The notes under the pieces were generated by a model, which worked only from the letters and a program-made list of their open reading frames with translations, had not been told where the DNA came from and did no database searches. Source: an uncultured virus (IMG/VR IMGVR_UViG_3300009151_004315) (Duplodnaviria > Heunggongvirae > Uroviricota > Caudoviricetes). From it: a DNA stretch of 64,000 nucleotides. The DNA lies in IMG/VR virus record IMGVR_UViG_3300009151_004315, positions 1 through 64,000 of that record. One strand, written 5' to 3'. The position numbers were made by a program, and so were the translations under genes. Within the stretch, counting starts at the first letter, position 1, and each line of letters opens with the position of its first letter. Of this stretch, positions 10,557 through 20,047 are shown piece by piece.

Positions 10557-10772
10557 ATGATAGACTTAGAAAACATGCCTGCTCCAACACAAGAGCAAAT
10601 CGCAGAAGCAAGAGAAAACGCATTCAATGCAGAGCATCCAGCATCATGGACATGGAATGAAGAAGCAACTTCATATGTTGCTCCAGTAAGTGTTCCAAAT
10701 GATGGCTATCCTTATTTATGGGATGAAGCTACAACTAATTGGACACCATTTCCAGATTATCCTAGAGAGTAA
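10557..10772 (+). CDS. Small Trp/Pro-rich acidic protein, possibly fibre-associated
   Basis: PASWTWNEEAT...PYLWDEATTNW duplicated motif; own ATAAATA and SD. Confidence 0.6.
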   Translation: MIDLENMPAPTQEQIAEARENAFNAEHPASWTWNEEATSYVAPVSVPNDGYPYLWDEATTNWTPFPDYPRE

Positions 10773-10778
10773 TCTTTA

Positions 10779-11726
10779 ATGCAATTCAGTGGAATGACAA
10801 TATCGGGTGGGATAACGGTAGTTTATATCCCTCCTCCCTCAAACAAGGCTATATTTGGATACGGCGTCAATAATGCCGATAGTATGGTTTCAATTACAAA
10901 CCTAGTATCAAACACTGGTGTTGTTGCGACTGATACTGCAGGTGTCGGTACTGGTAGGCGAAACCTAGGCGGTGCAGGTTATGGTACTGATAAAGCTATC
11001 TTTGGATATGGGCAAACTAGTAGTTTATTATTCTCACTGACCAATCTTGTAAGTAATACAGGAGTAGTTGCCACAGATACAGCAGGTGTTGGTACTGCTA
11101 GAAGTAATCTTGCGGCTGCTGGGTATGGTGGTGATAAAGCTATATTTGGATATGGGGCAAATCTCAATCAAGATGTGATGTATTCATTAACTAATTTGGT
11201 ATCAAACACTGGTGTAGTTGCTACAGATACTACAGGCGTTGGTACTAGTAGATTCCAACTGGCAGCCGCAGGTTATGGTACTGATAAAGCTATCTTTGGA
11301 TATGGGTACAATAGTAGTTTTACTCCACTTTCAATTACTAACCTAATAAGTAATACCGGTGTAGTTGGTAATGATGTTACTGGTGTTGGAACTGCTAGAA
11401 CTGCACTAGCGGCTACTGGATATGGCACTGATAAAGCTATTTTTGGATACGGATACGCAGGAGGCGTTCAATCAATAACTAACCTAGTATCAAATACAGG
11501 CGTAGTGGCCAGTAATACAACAGGTGTAGGTACTGCTAGATATAACCTTGCGGCCGCAGGTTATGGTGTTGATACTGCTATTTTTGGATATGGAGTTGGT
11601 CCTGCAAGTCCACCGTATCTATCAATGACCAACCTAGTATCAAACACAGGGATAGTCGCAACAGATACCACAGGTGTAGGTACTGCTAGATACGGATTGG
11701 CAGCCGCTAGTTACGGGTTATCATAA
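10779..11726 (+). CDS. Six-repeat Kelch-like beta-propeller protein, paralog 2
   Basis: Six copies of the same repeat as 9594..10499. Confidence 0.75.
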   Translation: MQFSGMTISGGITVVYIPPPSNKAIFGYGVNNADSMVSITNLVSNTGVVATDTAGVGTGRRNLGGAGYGTDKAIFGYGQTSSLLFSLTNLVSNTGVVATDTAGVGTARSNLAAAGYGGDKAIFGYGANLNQDVMYSLTNLVSNTGVVATDTTGVGTSRFQLAAAGYGTDKAIFGYGYNSSFTPLSITNLISNTGVVGNDVTGVGTARTALAATGYGTDKAIFGYGYAGGVQSITNLVSNTGVVASNTTGVGTARYNLAAAGYGVDTAIFGYGVGPASPPYLSMTNLVSNTGIVATDTTGVGTARYGLAAASYGLS

Positions 11727-11795
11727 ACCCTAAAAATTTTTACTCACACAAATTAGCTAATAAATATCTCTATACACAACCTATAGAGAGAAAAA

Positions 11796-12464
11796 ATGGC
11801 ATCAAATCTAAATTCAGAATTTAACTACCGTTACCAGGTGATCGGTTCAACACCCTGGGAAAAAATCAAAACACTTCAAGGCTTCTATGTAGGTCGCAAA
11901 CGAGCGGCCGTACTAGAAGAAGTGGCTGAATTAAAATATCAAGCTAAACTTGAAGAACTAAAACATCTAAAAACAGTTCCAGCACTACCGCATATTATGC
12001 TTAATCTACAAGCAGAAATCATTGAGTTGGAATCACACTTGGATGACCAAAAACATGCTTTCGAACTTAATCGCAAAGAGATTAAAATATTAGAAAAATA
12101 CATGGCTGAACTTTATGCTGAAGTTGAACCAACAAGACTTAAGCATCCAGATGGTACACCGTATACCGATGATGAGATGTTTGAAGCTAATGCTAACTAT
12201 GAATTCACAGTCACAGTTGGTCGTGAGATTCAATCGGAAATCATTGCAATGGGTAGACCTAGTCCAGCTAAACTACTCAATGCTATGAGTAATCCACAAA
12301 CATTAAATTCATTAATGCAAATTGGTCTTGTACCACAAGGTACTATATTACTAGAGCAGAAAGATATTATGTTAGAATTAACTAATCAATCAACTACAAC
12401 AGTAATGGATGCACCAAAAGAATTAGAAAGTAACACTTCTAAGAAGAAAACAAAGAAAAAGTAA
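11796..12464 (+). CDS. Coiled-coil hypothetical protein
   Basis: 222 aa helical, Glu/Leu-rich; ATAAATA upstream. Confidence 0.7.
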   Translation: MASNLNSEFNYRYQVIGSTPWEKIKTLQGFYVGRKRAAVLEEVAELKYQAKLEELKHLKTVPALPHIMLNLQAEIIELESHLDDQKHAFELNRKEIKILEKYMAELYAEVEPTRLKHPDGTPYTDDEMFEANANYEFTVTVGREIQSEIIAMGRPSPAKLLNAMSNPQTLNSLMQIGLVPQGTILLEQKDIMLELTNQSTTTVMDAPKELESNTSKKKTKKK

Positions 12465-12481
12465 TAGTATAATACTTACAG

Positions 12482-12509
12482 AAAAGAGGCTCACTATGAG
12501 CCTTTTTTT
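12482..12509 (+). terminator. Intrinsic terminator
   Basis: AGGCTCA-CTA-TGAGCCT hairpin followed by a T-tract. Confidence 0.75.
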
Positions 12510-12536
12510 GATAAATAAGTTGAAGGAAGATATATT

Positions 12537-12908
12537 ATGTCAATAACGATAACAGGTGGTTTTACATTGGCTGGTGGTGGATGGACTGTTGCTCCCGCAC
12601 CACCTACAGGTAATAAAGCTATCTTTGGATACGGTAGCAATGGATCTAATGTGTCAATGACTAACCTAGTAAGTAATGCAGGTATTGTTGCTGCTGACAC
12701 TACTGGAGTAGGTACTGCTAGACGTTATCTAGCAGCCGCAGGTTATGGTACTGATAAAGCTATATTTGGTTATGGAACTATTGCTGGTAATCTTGGGGAT
12801 ACCTATTCACTAACTAACCTAGTATCAAACACGGGTGTAGTAGCTACAAATACTGCTGGTGTAGGTACTGCCAGATACAGCCCTTCGGCTGCAGCCTACA
12901 GCTCATAA
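12537..12908 (+). CDS. Two-repeat version of the beta-propeller protein
   Basis: Two copies of the same repeat; intact start, SD, late-type promoter and stop. Confidence 0.7.
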   Translation: MSITITGGFTLAGGGWTVAPAPPTGNKAIFGYGSNGSNVSMTNLVSNAGIVAADTTGVGTARRYLAAAGYGTDKAIFGYGTIAGNLGDTYSLTNLVSNTGVVATNTAGVGTARYSPSAAAYSS

Positions 12909-12982
12909 CCTAACAAACCAAAGGGTAAATCAAACTAGCATTTACCTACACATTCTGTTATAATCAAACGAATAGGATAAAA

Positions 12983-13297
12983 ATGAAATATCTACTACTC
13001 GCCGTATCCTTAGGAATAACAAACATCTCCTATTCGCAAAAACTAGAACAAACAATAAAAGCTGAATTACCTTGTTATGATACAACAGAACTCTTTAAAA
13101 GTCTTAGAGAGAAATTCAAAGAACTACCTTTACTAACAGGCAAAGCAGATGATGAAGCAAACTCAACAATGAGTCTTTGGTTGAATCCTGTTGATAACAA
13201 TTGGACAATAATCGCAACTAAGAAAGAACTAAGTTGTGTTGTTGGAGCTGGAACTGATATGAAAATTATCTCAACCAGAAAAGGAACAAATGTATGA
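12983..13297 (+). CDS. Exported hypothetical protein
   Basis: N-terminal signal-peptide-like segment; two Cys. Confidence 0.6.
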   Translation: MKYLLLAVSLGITNISYSQKLEQTIKAELPCYDTTELFKSLREKFKELPLLTGKADDEANSTMSLWLNPVDNNWTIIATKKELSCVVGAGTDMKIISTRKGTNV

Positions 13298-14031
13298 TTA
13301 AAAAACTGTTAGTAATATTAACACTGGTAACAAGTTCTGTATATGCTGACCAAACATTAACAGCACAAGCTTGGCTAGTAGCCGATCACAATGGAAAAAT
13401 ACTTGAAGGTTCCAACACAACAGAAATTCGTAGTATAGCAAGTATCACTAAACTAATGACTTCAATGGTTGTACTAGATGCAGGACAATCACTCACAGAA
13501 ATCATTCCAAAAAAATTATACAACAAGCAACTAACCAGAGAAACACTAATTGATTTGGCAATTGTAAAATCAGACAACAATGCTGCCAAACTATTATGTG
13601 ATTACTATCCGGGAGGATATGACAGTTGTATCATAGCAATGAATAACAAAGCACATTCATTACAAATGAATCAATCAACATTTACTGATCCAACTGGCAG
13701 GATGCATACAAATGTAAGTACTGCGGAAGATTTGATTAAGTTAGTATTTGCGGCAAGTACATACCCACTCATAGTTCAAGCAAGTAATATGGATGCAGTA
13801 CGTTGGAACGTCAATAAGAAGAAAAATGTTGAGTTAAGAAACACTAACACTTTAGTAGGACATGGTTATAAATTCCTAGTCAGTAAGACAGGATTTATCA
13901 ACAAAGCAGGTGGATGTATCGTTATGATGATTGATACTGTATATGGTATCAGAACAGTTGTATTGTTAGGAAGTAAAAATACAAAGACCCGTATCCCTGA
14001 AGCACAGATGCTATCGCAGGTTATTCGATAA
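13294..14031 (+). CDS. D-alanyl-D-alanine carboxy/endopeptidase, peptidase S11 (PBP5/PBP7-like)
   Basis: Signal peptide; SxxK (ASITK), SxN (SDN) and KTG motifs. Confidence 0.9.
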   Translation: MIKKLLVILTLVTSSVYADQTLTAQAWLVADHNGKILEGSNTTEIRSIASITKLMTSMVVLDAGQSLTEIIPKKLYNKQLTRETLIDLAIVKSDNNAAKLLCDYYPGGYDSCIIAMNNKAHSLQMNQSTFTDPTGRMHTNVSTAEDLIKLVFAASTYPLIVQASNMDAVRWNVNKKKNVELRNTNTLVGHGYKFLVSKTGFINKAGGCIVMMIDTVYGIRTVVLLGSKNTKTRIPEAQMLSQVIR

Positions 14032-14290
14032 TCTTTTTGTATTGACTAGCATCACGCTTTGGGATGTAATCAACTCCGGGTACAGGACTGAAATCTCTCA
14101 CAAGTTCTTGCTTCATCTCATCACCATACTTCAATGTAATATAGCTGAATGACTGTTCATGCTTATCATTCATACCAATAATTAAATATTGATACCAACG
14201 GAATCTTTCATCAATTATTTTTTTGACAATGGTATCATTGAGTATATCATCAAAGTTATTGTTTTCACGGTAAAAGGTATAGTATTTCAT
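14021..14290 (-). CDS. Hypothetical protein
   Basis: ORF track; start taken at MKYYTF, coupled to the upstream ORF. Confidence 0.55.
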   Translation of the reverse strand: MKYYTFYRENNNFDDILNDTIVKKIIDERFRWYQYLIIGMNDKHEQSFSYITLKYGDEMKQELVRDFSPVPGVDYIPKRDASQYKKIIE

Positions 14291-14487
14291 TTTTTCCAAA
14301 GTATAAAGTTTATGTAATCGGATTCAGTTTCAAAATAGAAATCATATAATCCACCATCACGTCCAGCTGGTACTACACAATCATAGCCCCAATCATTAAC
14401 ACAGTTTCGCTGACACCAATCGATGACGGGTTTTAGTTCCCCATAACCAATTGTGATTCTAGTCTTGTATTGAGTATTTGGTGACAT
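14287..14487 (-). CDS. Small hypothetical protein (WC...FxFxxExDyxxFxLxW family)
   Basis: Shares this motif with 54644..54895. Confidence 0.55.
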   Translation of the reverse strand: MSPNTQYKTRITIGYGELKPVIDWCQRNCVNDWGYDCVVPAGRDGGLYDFYFETESDYINFILWKK

Positions 14488-14959
14488 TCACACCGCCTTG
14501 TTCTAAAAATTCTAATCCTCTACTATCTCTATATGCATCACGATAATAAATCTGTTTGATACCAGATTGATATATAGCTTTTGCACAATGGATACAAGGA
14601 GCATGTGTCACAAATAATGTAGCACCATCACTAGATTCAGTACTTGCGGACACTTTTGAAATTACATTCATTTCTGCGTGGAGTACCTCATCCTTAGTAA
14701 CTAGTCGATATCTACGATTACTTTCTACAGTAATATCATATTCTTCAAATGGATATAGTTGTCCGTCCCAATTATCACCGGGCATGTATTCTTTATATTC
14801 ACATTCGTTAGTCCATCCAGTTGGCATACCATTGTATCCTGTACCTAGAATTTTGTTACCTTTAACAATAACAGCACCGACATTTAATCTAATAGCACTA
14901 CTTAACTTACTAGTTAGTTCAGCTATATCCATGTAATAATTTATAAATTTTTGTTTCAT
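14459..14959 (-). CDS. dCMP deaminase
   Basis: VGAVIV...GYNG, HAE and PCIHC zinc motifs. Confidence 0.9.
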   Translation of the reverse strand: MKQKFINYYMDIAELTSKLSSAIRLNVGAVIVKGNKILGTGYNGMPTGWTNECEYKEYMPGDNWDGQLYPFEEYDITVESNRRYRLVTKDEVLHAEMNVISKVSASTESSDGATLFVTHAPCIHCAKAIYQSGIKQIYYRDAYRDSRGLEFLEQGGVNVTKYSIQD

Positions 14960-15285
14960 TCAATAATTTCAATGCGTTTGTTTGGTATACCATCATATTC
15001 ACTTGCATCAGGTAATGGTGATTTCTTTTTAGTAATGACTGACCATTTATTACTAAGTCGTACATTAACATCGAACCAATATTGATTTTCAACTGGATCT
15101 TTAATATCTTCCTGTGCTACAATAGCATTGACCGGACATTCAGGGATGCATACTGCACAATCAATGCACTCATCAGGATTAATTACAAGGAAGTTAGGTC
15201 CTTCATAAAAACAATCTACTGGGCAAACATCAACACAGTCTGTGTGTTTACATTTGATACAATTCTCTGTAACTAAGTGTGTCAT
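14956..15285 (-). CDS. fdxA: 7Fe ferredoxin (FdxA type)
   Basis: [18 protein letters not shown]...[12 protein letters not shown]. Confidence 0.92.
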   Translation of the reverse strand: MTHLVTENCIKCKHTDCVDVCPVDCFYEGPNFLVINPDECIDCAVCIPECPVNAIVAQEDIKDPVENQYWFDVNVRLSNKWSVITKKKSPLPDASEYDGIPNKRIEIIE

Positions 15286-15515
15286 TCTAAATACTGTTCC
15301 TCTATTAATTCTCTTGCTAAATCTTCATCAAATAAACATTTTAATACTGTGTCGTTGATATCAAATTTTTTACAAAAAGCTTTTCCAAATTTCACACCTC
15401 TGATATGTTCGAAAATATACTCTTTGCAAAAGATTTCATAATCAGTTTTACTTATTTTGTATTTAGGTGAATTCAAATTCTCTAACGTGTTAATCATACT
15501 GCTAAAACAATTCAT
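15282..15515 (-). CDS. Hypothetical protein
   Basis: ORF track, start shortened to avoid overlapping the upstream gene. Confidence 0.5.
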   Translation of the reverse strand: MNCFSSMINTLENLNSPKYKISKTDYEIFCKEYIFEHIRGVKFGKAFCKKFDINDTVLKCLFDEDLARELIEEQYLE

Positions 15516-15516
15516 C

Positions 15517-16056
15517 TTAATCCCACAAACTTCTATAATACTTACCAAACAATTCGAGTCCTTCTTGAATTCGATCTTCATGTAGTTGATGCCCTTCACT
15601 ATCATACCAATGTTTATCAGGGTTTTTATCAACCATTTTATATGTTGATTCTACTTTACCTGTTATAGGGTTGGGGAATGTTTTATCACTTTTAACCCAA
15701 TCATACTCACTAGTACCATGATGATATTTGTTACTATAATCATCTACTGTAAGTTGTTGGAAACTCCAAATCATTTTATCTAGTATTTCATCCCACTTTT
15801 TTGATGCTATCTCCCAAGCTTCATCATGTGTTTCTTTATAGAAATCAAAACTCTGCTGATCCACATAATCTTCACCACCTACATTTTCTACTATTCCACC
15901 TGGCACGCCATTCTTTGAAGCTTTAAGCTGTAGTAATCCTGGGTAAATGATATGAGCAAGAGTGTGGTCAAAACTCCATGTATCAAACTTATCAATTTGT
16001 ATATCAATTTTTCTTCTATTGCCCTTTTTAGGAAAGGGCCCAATTTTAACTTTCAT
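15517..16056 (-). CDS. Hypothetical phage protein
   Basis: DTWSFDHTLAHII...WDEILDKMIWSF...GLELFGKYYRSLWD pattern seen in T4-like phage proteins. Confidence 0.7.
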   Translation of the reverse strand: MKVKIGPFPKKGNRRKIDIQIDKFDTWSFDHTLAHIIYPGLLQLKASKNGVPGGIVENVGGEDYVDQQSFDFYKETHDEAWEIASKKWDEILDKMIWSFQQLTVDDYSNKYHHGTSEYDWVKSDKTFPNPITGKVESTYKMVDKNPDKHWYDSEGHQLHEDRIQEGLELFGKYYRSLWD

Positions 16057-16402
16057 TTTTTTCCTTAACACTACCATCAACAAATACTAACATTTCTTTA
16101 TTATGTTCTACTATGGCGTATTGTATGTTCTTATATTTTTGTGCCAATTTTGCCAACTCACCTAATGTTTTACCCTGACATATAAACGTATTTTTTTCAT
16201 ATTCATATAGATACATTATATCATTATTATATTCAACAAACAGTTTATCAATAGTTGGCTTAGCTTCTTCATCTAAATCAATAAGAATACCTTGCAATTT
16301 AGCTTCCTTATAAATCAAATGACGTATACGATATGCAAATATCGACTCACCTACATAAAAGCCAATAGCAAACACGACCAACAGTATAATAATTTCGAAC
16401 AT
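16046..16402 (-). CDS. Hypothetical membrane-anchored protein
   Basis: N-terminal hydrophobic helix. Confidence 0.55.
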   Translation of the reverse strand: MFEIIILLVVFAIGFYVGESIFAYRIRHLIYKEAKLQGILIDLDEEAKPTIDKLFVEYNNDIMYLYEYEKNTFICQGKTLGELAKLAQKYKNIQYAIVEHNKEMLVFVDGSVKEKNES

Positions 16403-16405
16403 AGC

Positions 16406-16687
16406 TTATTTAGTAATAGTTAGATTAGACCATTGTTTCAGTTTTTTAAACTTTGCTTTTTTGGCTTCTTTAAGACCCTGTGTAGTGACACCTACCTTAT
16501 TATCAATAAGTAACTCAATCATTGCTTGCAAGTCTCCTATTTCTTTTTGTAATCGTTCCATATTAGTAACGTTCATGCCTTCCATCATTTGGTCTGGACC
16601 AAATCTAAAACATTTGCTAACCTCTACAATAACCTCAGCACATTCTTCTTGTAGAATGGTTAGTATTTCTTTTGTGTCATCATTCAT
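16406..16687 (-). CDS. MazG-like NTP pyrophosphohydrolase
   Basis: LQEECAEV...KEIGDL EExxE/ExxD pattern. Confidence 0.75.
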   Translation of the reverse strand: MNDDTKEILTILQEECAEVIVEVSKCFRFGPDQMMEGMNVTNMERLQKEIGDLQAMIELLIDNKVGVTTQGLKEAKKAKFKKLKQWSNLTITK

Positions 16688-16688
16688 A

Positions 16689-16850
16689 TTAAACTCCTAA
16701 CTTATCGGTTATATATAAAAAAACAATTGCAAAATTAACTGCAAACACAATTCCGTCCATGTAATACATCCATTTTGGATTAAGTGTGTAATCTTTGGTA
16801 GCAAGTAAACGACCAAAAAATAACACAACACCTATATTTATTAATATCAT
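16689..16850 (-). CDS. Small membrane protein (53 aa)
   Basis: Read manually: MILINIGVVLFFGRLL...; two hydrophobic stretches; ATGA-coupled. Confidence 0.45.
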   Translation of the reverse strand: MILINIGVVLFFGRLLATKDYTLNPKWMYYMDGIVFAVNFAIVFLYITDKLGV

Positions 16851-17362
16851 TTTTCTTTCCTAGTTGCTTTACTCATAACATATTTTTCGTGATAGGGTTT
16901 CCAATCAGTTAAGTAATGTTCGCTTTTAACCCAACGATCTCGTCCTGTTCTTGTTTTAGTCAAGAAACCCCATTCACGTTGTTGAGGTCCCATAAAAAAC
17001 AATGTAGTAGCAGTAGTACCTTCTTCTAATTCAAGCCAATGATACTCACCTGCACTACGCTTGATGATACTACCAGGACCACGCCATGTTTGAAATTCAG
17101 TAATCATTTTACCATCATTGTCAAACACTGGGGTATGCTCCCAATAACCACCACTCAATATAATTGTCATATAAGCCCAAGGATGATCGTGCATGATTGG
17201 ATCATCACTGCGTACAATTTTATGTAGTGTGACATTGAATGGGAACCAAGTACGGTCTTTGAGAAATAAGTAGTATCGATGCATGTAATCTAGACCTGTT
17301 CTACGGTCGGGAATCAAACGATAACGACCTAATTTATTCATAATTTTGTGAAATAAACTCAT
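16847..17362 (-). CDS. Cupin-fold hypothetical protein
   Basis: LHKI...HDHPW...GGYWE...YHWLEL. Confidence 0.65.
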   Translation of the reverse strand: MSLFHKIMNKLGRYRLIPDRRTGLDYMHRYYLFLKDRTWFPFNVTLHKIVRSDDPIMHDHPWAYMTIILSGGYWEHTPVFDNDGKMITEFQTWRGPGSIIKRSAGEYHWLELEEGTTATTLFFMGPQQREWGFLTKTRTGRDRWVKSEHYLTDWKPYHEKYVMSKATRKEK

Positions 17363-17429
17363 TGGAAACTCCTATTGCGATGTATCATTATAGCATACTA
17401 TTGAATTAAATGCAAGATATAGATGTGGT

Positions 17430-17454
17430 AAAAGGGTGACGAATCACCCTTTTT
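17430..17454 (-). terminator. Intrinsic terminator, possibly bidirectional
   Basis: AAAAGGGTGA-CGAA-TCACCCTTTT perfect inverted repeat (UUCG loop on the minus strand). Confidence 0.75.
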
Positions 17455-17474
17455 GTTTTATCTCAATACAGAGA

Positions 17475-17735
17475 TTAAACTAGACCAAGTGCCATTGCAC
17501 GATAGCCTGCGGCTACCACTGCACGTGCTGGTGTACCCAAACGATACTTAGTGAATGTCTCACCACGCTTGTTTGTACGCTTGTTAGCGTAAACAGCAAA
17601 ACCACCGCGGATGCGAAGGTCGCTTACGGTTGCTGTTGGATTAGCAATACCGAATCGTGCGGTGATTTGCTTTGCAGTGAGTTCTTCACCGTTCTTTAGT
17701 GCCTCGAGTAAGGCTGTTTGCTTAGTTACGTTCAT
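17475..17735 (-). CDS. Winged-helix/HTH DNA-binding protein
   Basis: LTAKQITARFGIANPTATVSDLR; SD AAGGA before ATG at 17735. Confidence 0.65.
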   Translation of the reverse strand: MNVTKQTALLEALKNGEELTAKQITARFGIANPTATVSDLRIRGGFAVYANKRTNKRGETFTKYRLGTPARAVVAAGYRAMALGLV

Positions 17736-17831
17736 TTTATTTTCCTTAAAAATTTCGTTGTTCTCACAACGTGTATAGATTATACGATATATTCTACTAT
17801 CGTACAAGATATTCTGGACACCTTGTTTCAT

Positions 17832-18674
17832 TTAGATGTCCAAAAACTTTAACTCAAACACATCGGCTTGAGGATCATGGCCCTTATAACCACGAGGATT
17901 ACATACCACTCTGGTTGAGCCAATAGTATAATCAAATGGATCATGCATATGACCATGAGTCCATAATACAATCTCTGGATGATCCATAATAAATTCATCT
18001 AAGTCACTGCGATAACCACCATTCATGTGTGTCTCGTATTGATATCTAGGATGTGTACTCTTTGCAGAAGGACCGTGATGGCCTACAAACACAACCTTCT
18101 TATCCTTCATGTCGGGCAATACTGCTTTGAGATAACTCATTGTTTGATGATGACGTTTTATTGTACTATCAGGATGCAATCTAGCAAACTCATGTTCATC
18201 GTTGCGAATAACACGATAATCATTCATCATGCCATTCAATGTCAATATGGTTAATCTATCGTTTCTATTACAGTCAGTCCATAGTGTAGCACCAATAAAG
18301 GACACTTCATTGATAACCTTGATATCACGTTCTAAAAAGTAAATATTTGGATATCTGTCACATTCAGTGCGTAGATGGTCTAAACTTTGGTTCCATCTGC
18401 CGTGATAGAATTCATGGTTACCCGCAACATAAACAACATGAGGAAACTCGTTACTTACTCTATTTAAAAAAGCACGGAACTTTTGTGCGGTTTTTTGTCG
18501 TTTACTCAATTCAGCATATGGAGCATACGGATTTGTTACAGTAGGAGGATGACTATGTAAATCTGCCGCCAACATAATATCACCCGATAATATAAGGACC
18601 TCAGCACCTTCTGTATTTTTGAGGTTAATATCTTCAAATTCTAAATGCAGGTCACTACATAATGCTATTTTCAT
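17832..18674 (-). CDS. Calcineurin-like metallophosphoesterase
   Basis: SDLH, GDI, GNHE, HH and HGHMH motifs intact. Confidence 0.9.
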   Translation of the reverse strand: MKIALCSDLHLEFEDINLKNTEGAEVLILSGDIMLAADLHSHPPTVTNPYAPYAELSKRQKTAQKFRAFLNRVSNEFPHVVYVAGNHEFYHGRWNQSLDHLRTECDRYPNIYFLERDIKVINEVSFIGATLWTDCNRNDRLTILTLNGMMNDYRVIRNDEHEFARLHPDSTIKRHHQTMSYLKAVLPDMKDKKVVFVGHHGPSAKSTHPRYQYETHMNGGYRSDLDEFIMDHPEIVLWTHGHMHDPFDYTIGSTRVVCNPRGYKGHDPQADVFELKFLDI

Positions 18675-18679
18675 TTTAT

Positions 18680-18922
18680 TTAACTATGTTTCAAAACAAA
18701 GAATACCTCATCTGTATTGATTTGTATTCTACTCAAAGAACCTTTTTTATCCAATATATATTCAATATCGTAATTGTATTTGTTCTTTAGTAAATTTTTT
18801 ACTAGGGGTCTAAACTCTCCCTGAATATACCTAGTATCTTTTGTTGCTTCTCCAATTAAATTACAAACAGCAATTGCAACATTTCCGTGTTTCCAAGGAT
18901 CAGTCATGTCAATGTCAATCAT
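18680..18922 (-). CDS. Hypothetical protein
   Basis: ORF track. Confidence 0.5.
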   Translation of the reverse strand: MIDIDMTDPWKHGNVAIAVCNLIGEATKDTRYIQGEFRPLVKNLLKNKYNYDIEYILDKKGSLSRIQINTDEVFFVLKHS

Positions 18923-19248
18923 ACTAACTCCGCAATATGTTTACATGTACCACGATACATGTAGCCGGGGCATGTACATGTTTTGTCTTCGGTATCGATG
19001 GAATAGACATTACCTTTACTACCGGACACTTTAACGATTGTACTCTTTTCCTTAACTGCCTTGAAAGGATTGGGTTTTACTGTAGTAAACTTACGACCAC
19101 GCTTGTCAATTGTGATCGGGGTTTTGAAATAGACAGGAGTAGTAGAACCAACCTTGATGTATGCAACCATTTTGGTTCCATCAAGTAAGTATGTGTGATT
19201 AGCAAGGTTGCTATCATTCCAAACAGTTGTTTCTACTACTGCTTCCAT
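18919..19248 (-). CDS. SWIM zinc-finger protein
   Basis: CTCPGYMYRGTCKH. Confidence 0.75.
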   Translation of the reverse strand: MEAVVETTVWNDSNLANHTYLLDGTKMVAYIKVGSTTPVYFKTPITIDKRGRKFTTVKPNPFKAVKEKSTIVKVSGSKGNVYSIDTEDKTCTCPGYMYRGTCKHIAELV

Positions 19249-19249
19249 A

Positions 19250-19720
19250 TTAAGCTACCTCTAATTCTGCTTCTTTGGCAATTGCCTCTGTCAACAACTT
19301 AAAGTCTCCACCATGATCGGATACGAACCAAGTAGCAACACCATCGATGTTTCGCAAAAGATAATCGTATTCTTCTTCTTGACCATCAACTAAAAAATGT
19401 AGATAATCGTTATAGTATGTTGCATCGGATTGGCCTTCACCACGATCACGACCATAGAATGTACACATGTCACGATACAGGTTAACGTATTCATCCTGTG
19501 TCATGTTTGCTTCAAACATACTGAAGGGATGTTTTGTACCAATTGTTGGGTGCAAGCTAGACAAGCTACCGAGGTCGATCAAATCACGCAAGATAAAGGG
19601 ATTAGAATAATACTCTTGCAACATTTTACCGTTGTGAGACAAGTAACCATCCCAGTGACAATACACTTGACCGATAGTACCATCTGCAAATTCGAGAGCG
19701 ATTGTTGAACGTGTAGCCAT
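19250..19720 (-). CDS. Hypothetical phage protein
   Basis: MATRSTIA...VYCHWDGY motif of a common phage family. Confidence 0.7.
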   Translation of the reverse strand: MATRSTIALEFADGTIGQVYCHWDGYLSHNGKMLQEYYSNPFILRDLIDLGSLSSLHPTIGTKHPFSMFEANMTQDEYVNLYRDMCTFYGRDRGEGQSDATYYNDYLHFLVDGQEEEYDYLLRNIDGVATWFVSDHGGDFKLLTEAIAKEAELEVA

Positions 19721-19735
19721 TTTGTTTATCCTATA

Positions 19736-19981
19736 TTAGAAAAAAATTACTTCTGTGGTAACAACAACTGTTAAGTCTGTTCTGGAAGTTTGATATGATG
19801 ACATATGCCCGGGGGTACCGTATACGTTCATGTATGAAGATTGGTGCTTTGCACGATTTTCTGTTGACAGTGATTTGACAATCTCAGGTACCTGAGATTT
19901 AATGTCAACACCATCAACCCATTTGTAAACTTCCCAACGATTGTCAGTCTTGCTAAGACCATAAGTGAAAAAATTGCTCAT
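19736..19981 (-). CDS. Early cassette gene, hypothetical
   Basis: AGGAG SD directly downstream of the promoter repeat at 20016-20044. Confidence 0.65.
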   Translation of the reverse strand: MSNFFTYGLSKTDNRWEVYKWVDGVDIKSQVPEIVKSLSTENRAKHQSSYMNVYGTPGHMSSYQTSRTDLTVVVTTEVIFF

Positions 19982-20047
19982 TTATTTCTCCTGTTGTTTA
20001 ACTGTTTAAGATTCTATTATATACTCAAATCCATTTATTGTCAAATT

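Noticed and set aside
9594..12908. Diversity-generating retroelement (TR/VR pair) behind the propeller variability
   Set aside because: No reverse transcriptase in the window; repeats differ at synonymous sites of all bases and by loop length, not by adenine-specific substitutions.
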